A DNA stretch of 64,000 nt from Gemmatimonadota bacterium (GTDB lineage: Bacteria > Gemmatimonadota > Gemmatimonadetes > Longimicrobiales > Gaopeijiaceae): assembly GCA_039589315.1 (NCBI GenBank), contig JBDHHQ010000015.1:63703-127702 (forward strand), written 5' to 3'. This document shows positions 58,483-64,000 of this stretch, in pieces (positions within the stretch are counted from its first letter, which is position 1; every line of letters begins with the position of its first letter). A program made the translations under genes and the position numbers. The notes beneath the pieces are model-generated. The model was not told where the DNA came from and did no database searches. It saw only the letters and a list, made by a program, of their open reading frames with translations.

Positions 58483-61400
58483 ATGACCAAGATCACCGTA
58501 GAGCTGTTCGGGGGGCCAGTGGTCGGGCTGGGGGAGAAGAGCGTCGAGCTTTCGCCATACCAGGGTTATGTCCTGGCCGTCGTATTCGGCCACGGCCCCC
58601 GAGGCGTTTCACGCAGTCGGATCGCCCGACTGCTCTGGGGCAGGGCGAGCGAATCGCTGGCTCGGCGGTGTCTCAGCCAGCACCTCTACTCCCTCTCTTT
58701 GAAGACGGGCCGCGCGCCTCTCGTCGAAGCCCAGGGCGACATCCTCATCGGTCGCACCCAGGACGTCTCCTGTGACCTGCCACGATTCGTGGAATGTCTT
58801 CGAGAGGACCGTCTGTCCGAGGCCGCGGAGCTACTGGCGGCAGGCTTCCTTTCCGCGCTCCCCGATCGCCCCACGCGAGAGTTCGACGACTGGGTCTCCG
58901 GGCGAGCGCTGAGCCTGCGTAGTGAGCTGCGGGATCGTGCGACCGCCGTGTGGTCGGGTGCGGAGCCCACCGGCAACTGGAGATCGGCACAACTGGCCTC
59001 CGAAGTCCTCTTGCGGCTCGACCCCGTGGATGAGAGGGCTCTGCGCCGAGTTCTCCTCTCCACAGCCATGGCCGGTCATGTTCACGAGGCCGAGGCCACG
59101 TACACATCGTTCGTCGAGCGAGCCGAGTACCCCGCGACAACCAATCACGGATCCACCTGGGCGCCGGATCAGGAGACCGCCCAACTCGTCACCCGCATCC
59201 GTGCACTCTGTGACCGGGGGGGGCCATCCGGCGCCTTGAGCGACGAGCCCGAACCCGACGCCCCGCTGTGCGGTCGGCAGACGGAGCTCACGAAGCTCCG
59301 TCAAGTAGTGTCAGCGCCGCCTGAGGCGAATGCAGTAACCGCCCTGATCGTCGGAGAGGGCGGTGCCGGCAAGACGAGGCTGGTTGAAGAGTCTCTCATC
59401 GCTGCTCACCTCGCGGGACTCCGAGTGCTCCGAGGTCGGTCGTCGGAGTTCGAGCGCGAGATCCCGTTGAATCCCATCCTGGAAGCGCTGAGCGACCCTG
59501 ATATTGGGATGGCCCTCGGACGCCTCGACGACCCGTGGCGGACTGTCATGCTCTCCTTGCTGCCGCAATTCCAGCAGGATGACTACCCGCTTCCCGACCT
59601 GGGGTATATCCAGCCAGGCAGCATTCCGCGGCGACTCTACGAAGCCGTGCACCGCCTGCTGCTCGAAGTCGTGCGGGACGGTCCGATTTGCCTGTTCATC
59701 GACGACTTCCACTGGGCAGATCAAACCTCGCTGACCGTCTTGGACTTTCTTCGCCGGAGATGGAAGAGCGGAGGGCTGATCATCGTCCTCGCAGCCCGCC
59801 CGGAGGCAACCAGGCCTGGGTCCTCGACAGAGCGGTATCTCAGAGACCTTCCTGCATCCCGCGCGGTTCGACTCATTGGCCTGGAGGAGCTTTCGGTCTC
59901 CGCAGCGGAAGAGCTGATCACCGCCGTGGCCGGTCGGTCACTCCCCGACAGGGTGATCAGCGACCTCCGAACCCTCGGGGGACACAATCCGTTCTTCCTG
60001 ATAGAGCTGACGCTCGAGCACCTCGCCGGCAGACTGAGCTCGCCTCACTACCGGACTCACGAGATACCGGTCCCGGGCTCCATACGTCAGCTGTTCCATC
60101 AGAGACTCGACGGGCTGTCCGCGGACGCCCGCCGCGCGGCAGACCTGCTCGCCGTAGCCGATCGTCCCATCTGCCTGAAGGATCTATCCCACTTGGTGGG
60201 CACCTCGGAGACCGACGTCGTGAGCAGCGTGGAGGAGCTCGTCCGCCTCAGACTCATCCGCTGGCAGAACGCCAGGGCCATACCTCGCCATCCGCTGGTA
60301 CGGGAGACCATGTATCAGGCCTTGCCGGGAGCGAGGAGAGCCTCCCTACACGGCCAGATCGCCGAATTCCTGCTGCAGGGCACCAATCCACCAGTCGATG
60401 AGCTAGCCCTGCACTTCGATCGGGCGGGTGAGCAAGACTCGGCCCTGAAGTACGCGACCGAGGCAGCTGATCGGGCCGAGGCGGCCGGAGCGGTGGCCGA
60501 GGCGCTGCAATACCTCGAGATCGCCGTCCGGAATCAACCCGACGATGAAGGTAACGCAGAGTTGTTGGGTCGGTTGGCGCATCTACAGGAAGGCCGGCAG
60601 GGAAGAGGAAGCTCTCTGGGCCGAGGTGCACGCAGTCGAGGCTATGAGTCAGAGGGGGCTCCTGCCCGTGGATGAGGTTTCAGCTGAGTTGCGCCGGCTG
60701 AAGAGCGCCGCGAGAGATCGATCTTTCGACGACGTTCTCGCTCGTGCTCTTGACGTGGAAGCTCGCTTGCATGCCAGTACCTGTTCAGCGACTCAACTTG
60801 CGGGGACCTTAGCCGAAGCAGAGCATCTGACCGATGTCCGGTCCGACCGCGCTCGCTGTTGGATCCACGCTGCACTCACCTATCGCGTGGCACTCGACAG
60901 CCCAGAGGTAGCGGCGAAGCACGGGCGGTTGGGCGCAGAGATTGCGCGCGCAGCAGGACTCCGCTCGGAGCTCTTCGTGCTGCTTAGCCGCCGTATCGCA
61001 GTGCTGATCCCCCTCGGCCGCCTAATGTCAAATATGGGGCAGGAGGCTATTCGGGAGGCGCAGCAGATGGCGCTGCGAAACGGTGATCTGTTCCAGCGCT
61101 TCAATATCCAAGTGAACTTGGGTGTTTGGTGGATGGAGGCAAGCGTTTACGAGCAGGCGTCCGTCGAGTTCGGAAGGGCCAAGGCCATTATTGAGGACAC
61201 GCAGGCGATCACGGCTCACGTGATACTCAATTATAACCTTGGAGAGCTTGCTCGAAGGACCCTATGTTTTGACGAAGCCGAGCGCTTCTTCTCCACTGCC
61301 GAGCGACTGTGGGAGCCGGGCACGCCAGAGTATGGCCTGTCTCTGATCTCTGCGGGGAGGGGTCTATGTGCCTTGGAAGCTGGGCGCCTATCCGAAGCAG

Positions 61401-61717
61401 CAGAGCGAGAGCAGGAACTCCCACCCGACGACACACATTGGGTCTTTAACCCCTATTCAATCATCCTACTGCGGGGGCGCATTATGGAAAGGAAAGGAAG
61501 GAGAGCAGAAGCGCTTGATTATCTCGACGTCCAGGCCAACCGACTACGCCACCGCATGGTGCCAACGTGGCTCAACCTGAAGCTGGAGCAAGGCCGACTG
61601 CTCCGAAAGCTGAACCCTGACAGCTTGCCCTCACTGTGGGAAGATGTACTGCCCGTTGCGAGGGCAGCAGGCTTCAAGGAGATCGTGAGCCGGATCTCGC
61701 TTCTTGCGCGGCAGTAG
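58483..61717 (+). pseudogene. SARP/BTAD-AAA(STAND)-TPR transcriptional regulator, frameshifted near 60585
   Basis: wHTH-like (RSRIARLLW), BTAD (LLRLDPVDERALRR), Walker A GEGGAGKT, Walker B FIDDFHWAD, GGHNPFFL. TPR-like helices continue in the 60545..61717 frame. Confidence 0.78.
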
Positions 61718-61729
61718 GGTTGCACCTAC

Positions 61730-63115
61730 TCACCCACGCCCGATGGCCTCCCCTTCCTGCTCGCGTAGAACATCCAAGCTGGGCCGCTCTTGACGCCCCA
61801 AGTCTCTATCTTGCCGTAGTTCCGCAGCGTGAGCCTCAAGTAAGTCGTCTCTCAATATGACCTCCACAAGGTTTGGATCGAACTGTGATCCGCTATACGC
61901 GATCAACTGGCGCCGCACTTCGGGCAAATCCAATGCCCTCCGATATGGACGATCGGAAAGCATGGCGTCGATGGCGTCACATGCACTAATAATCCGAGCC
62001 CCAATTGGGATTTGCTCCCCCCTCAGTCCATAGGGATAGCCCCTGCCGTCATATGTCTCATGATGATGTTGAACTGCGTCGATTACGTCGTCGGGGAAGG
62101 AAGATATGGAACTGAGGAGCTCGACCCCCTTGGTCACGTGCGACTCGATGATCTCTCTTTCTTCCCTAGACAGACCAGTAGGCTTCATCAGAATCTCGGT
62201 GAACACCGCCTCGATCTTGCCTATGTCATGCAGCAGTGCAGCTGTTTCAACCCACTCGACTCGTCGTGGTGAGAGCCCACATCCCTCGGCGATGCGCCTC
62301 GCCAGGGAAGATACCCGCAAGGAATGACCGGACGTGTAGGGATCTCGCGTTTCTATGGCCTTGACCAATGCCCTGACAAGATCGCGGTTGGTCTGCTGGA
62401 GCCGGAGGTTCGTGGCGTAGAGGTGCCGGATGAAGAAGAGCACCCAGAAGAAGAGAAACAACCCGAACACCCAGAATTCGACATAGAGGTATGCCACACC
62501 GATCGCTACAGGACTGAGTGCCAGGTCGTAGACCATATTCGTGCCAGAACGGCCTATGAGGCGCAACCAGACCCGGCGAAACGGGAGATCCTGACTAAGC
62601 GCGATGGCAAAGGATACGGCGAGGTGGTTCACTGAGAGGAAGACGGCTCCGAAAGCTATGAACGGTATGAACTGCGGAGCGAAAGACGGCGGTGATAACG
62701 CACCTGTTGGGGCTATAGGGTAACCACCAACTGCAGTAAATGCCCACCCTCCGGCAGCCGTCGAGACCACATACTGCGCAACGTTGAATACAGCTCGCAC
62801 CTTCTCCTTCTTGCGAATGAAGACTTCGCCCACCAGACCGGTTACTAGCATAAACAACACGGCCGCGGTGGGGCCGAAGAGGAGGATGCTAGCGAGGAGC
62901 GGAAGGAAGGTTATTGACGAGCCGCCGGCGGAACGTCCAACCGTGATGGTGAGAGCCCAGGACTCGGACAGAACTCCGAGGACTACGAGTGCAAGGAACC
63001 CAACCACGCTGACCCATGGGAATTGGGTCAACACGCTCCAATCCTGACCACCAAGGATCGCGGCGGCCATTAGCACCACGAAGGCAACGTATGTTTGAAT
63101 CGCCTTCGACTTCAT
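61730..63115 (-). CDS. Multi-TM membrane sensor fused to HD-GYP cyclic di-nucleotide phosphodiesterase
   Basis: About 240-aa hydrophobic N-terminus, then RDPYTSGHSLRV, LLHDIGK, HHHETYDGRGYPYGL, DAMLSDRPYR, SQFDP (catalytic motifs intact). Confidence 0.92.
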   Translation of the reverse strand: MKSKAIQTYVAFVVLMAAAILGGQDWSVLTQFPWVSVVGFLALVVLGVLSESWALTITVGRSAGGSSITFLPLLASILLFGPTAAVLFMLVTGLVGEVFIRKKEKVRAVFNVAQYVVSTAAGGWAFTAVGGYPIAPTGALSPPSFAPQFIPFIAFGAVFLSVNHLAVSFAIALSQDLPFRRVWLRLIGRSGTNMVYDLALSPVAIGVAYLYVEFWVFGLFLFFWVLFFIRHLYATNLRLQQTNRDLVRALVKAIETRDPYTSGHSLRVSSLARRIAEGCGLSPRRVEWVETAALLHDIGKIEAVFTEILMKPTGLSREEREIIESHVTKGVELLSSISSFPDDVIDAVQHHHETYDGRGYPYGLRGEQIPIGARIISACDAIDAMLSDRPYRRALDLPEVRRQLIAYSGSQFDPNLVEVILRDDLLEAHAAELRQDRDLGRQERPSLDVLREQEGEAIGRG

Positions 63116-63124
63116 CGTGCCTTA

Positions 63125-63318
63125 CCCCCCAGTCCGCCGGGTCTTACCAGGTGGCCACGCCGTTCCCCAACAGGGCTAATAGCGTACCAAAAAAGTCGAA
63201 CAGTGAGCTGAACACAGGCCTCACCTCCTTTCGGGTGATGTCGGCTTAGTACTGTGTACTCAAGCCGCGTGCGCTCCGCTCTACCGCTCAACCGCTTCGC
63301 TCGTGACGGACTGGGGGG
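63125..63318. repeat. Perfect 12-bp inverted repeat enclosing the peptide ORF
   Basis: CCCCCCAGTCCG at 63125-63136 and CGGACTGGGGGG at 63307-63318. Confidence 0.85.
63144..63215 (-). CDS. 23-aa hydrophobic peptide MFSSLFDFFGTLLALLGNGVATW
   Basis: AAAGGAGGTGA RBS 5 nt before GTG 63215; TAA at 63144-63146, 28 nt upstream of the HD-GYP ATG. Below the ORF-track length cut-off. Confidence 0.75.
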   Translation of the reverse strand: MFSSLFDFFGTLLALLGNGVATW

Positions 63319-63357
63319 CCCTCTCTTTCCTTATGCGCTTACGCGCGGTTCTGTGAT

Positions 63358-63377
63358 GCGCTTCGACGGGAAAGCGC
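63358..63377 (-). other. Hairpin GCGCTT-N8-AAGCGC immediately after the stop of the upstream gene
   Basis: 6-bp inverted repeat with no U-tract, so terminator role uncertain. Confidence 0.35.
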
Positions 63378-64000
63378 TCAAGCCCGACCGGTGATCCAGC
63401 GTGTCGCGGCTTGAAGCGTTGAAAGGATCACAGCCCGGTCGAGCGACTCCTCCACCGGGGCCGCGCCTGCGACGCTGGCTGCCTCGCCCTTGCTAGTGCC
63501 GCTGACCGCAGCAAGCACGTAGTCCCTTTGAAAGGCATCGACGACGTCGACGTTCTCGAGGGTCAGGAAGCTGCCGGATACTTGCTCAAGTTCCGTGCCG
63601 TCTTCCAGCGAGGCTTCGATCGCCCTCAAGGTGGCGGATGCCAGCGTGGTCATGCGGGATCTTGCTCGCGAGCTTCCCTTGGCGTCCCCGGAGAACCGTC
63701 TGCCGTCGGCCTCGAGAAAGACGCGAACATGCACCCTACCTGATGACTGAAACTTCACCTGGTGTCCGCCGAAGCTGAGCTCCTGCCTCGGTCCGGCGGA
63801 AGTATGAGTTGGCCGACCGACTGCAAGGGAGGTTGGCTCCCTAAGAAACGATGCAGACGACTTCGCTTTCTTACCCTTGTCGCCGATCGGCCAACGACTT
63901 TGAGCCACCGAGACCTTCCGATGGTCGATCTTGAATCCGAACTGAGTCAAGAACGCGCTCTCGACCCGCCTAACCGTCTTCTTCGGAGGCACGTCGTCAG
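63378..64000 (-). CDS. Hypothetical protein, 5' end beyond the window
   Basis: Frame is open to the window edge (..DDVPPKKTVRRVESAFLTQFGFKIDHRKVSVAQ); C-terminal domain ends RAVILSTLQAATR. Confidence 0.75.
   Translation of the reverse strand, partial: DDVPPKKTVRRVESAFLTQFGFKIDHRKVSVAQSRWPIGDKGKKAKSSASFLREPTSLAVGRPTHTSAGPRQELSFGGHQVKFQSSGRVHVRVFLEADGRRFSGDAKGSSRARSRMTTLASATLRAIEASLEDGTELEQVSGSFLTLENVDVVDAFQRDYVLAAVSGTSKGEAASVAGAAPVEESLDRAVILSTLQAATRWITGRA

Noticed and set aside
60570..60600. Programmed ribosomal frameshift (also considered near 1070 and 6745)
   Set aside because: No slippery heptamer or homopolymer at the junctions; sequence appears to be missing rather than shifted.
56646..61717. 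Antiviral STAND (Avs-like) defence system with SfsA as nuclease
   Set aside because: The NTPase has a wHTH-BTAD N-terminus typical of AfsR/SARP regulators rather than an effector domain, and sfsA is divergently transcribed and commonly stand-alone.
63144..63215. AgrD-type thiolactone autoinducer, ComX or RiPP precursor; Trp attenuator leader
   Set aside because: No Cys, and no agrB, comQ, radical SAM, YcaO or lanthipeptide enzyme in the window (upstream context is cut off). A single terminal Trp and no trp genes downstream argue against a Trp attenuator.
63216..63377. c-di-GMP-I/II riboswitch upstream of HD-GYP
   Set aside because: A GAAA-loop hairpin is present, but I could not find the GGCAAA/GACGCAAAG core or the class II kink-turn/pseudoknot pattern; an Rfam scan is needed to exclude it formally.

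Overview
A GC-rich, densely coded bacterial chromosomal window of about 60 CDSs. Gene content and style suggest Gemmatimonadota, which is an inference. I could not support any rRNA, tRNA, CRISPR array, transposase or integrase. Recognisable blocks: hydrolases and FabI (1-6 kb); a minus-strand run of PQQ dehydrogenase, cytochrome c, NSS symporter, DUF885 and TRAP dctQM (6.4-14.4 kb); ECF sigma/anti-sigma/YbjQ; a sufCBD-Rieske-sufS-sufU operon; an HcrCAB-like molybdoenzyme operon interrupted by a DUF1460 amidase; bacilliredoxin, arginase and ccdA-dsbA; a Cys-rich MarR + arsM unit sharing an AGTTGT-N5-ACAACT operator; two TetR genes; and sfsA. The most interesting part is the more AT-rich right end (57.5-64 kb). 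There, an unannotated 23-aa Trp-terminated hydrophobic peptide ORF (63144-63215, minus strand, near-perfect RBS, missed by the ORF track) lies between a hypothetical gene and a multi-TM HD-GYP phosphodiesterase. It is enclosed by a perfect 12-bp inverted repeat whose downstream arm abuts the HD-GYP start, and the unit converges on an AraC-like gene and a BTAD-AAA-TPR regulator. This is a candidate peptide-controlled c-di-GMP signalling module. Three genes (sulfatase, Gfo/Idh/MocA oxidoreductase, BTAD-AAA-TPR regulator) are broken by frame changes that look like internal deletions. Product calls rest on motif recognition by eye; no searches were run.
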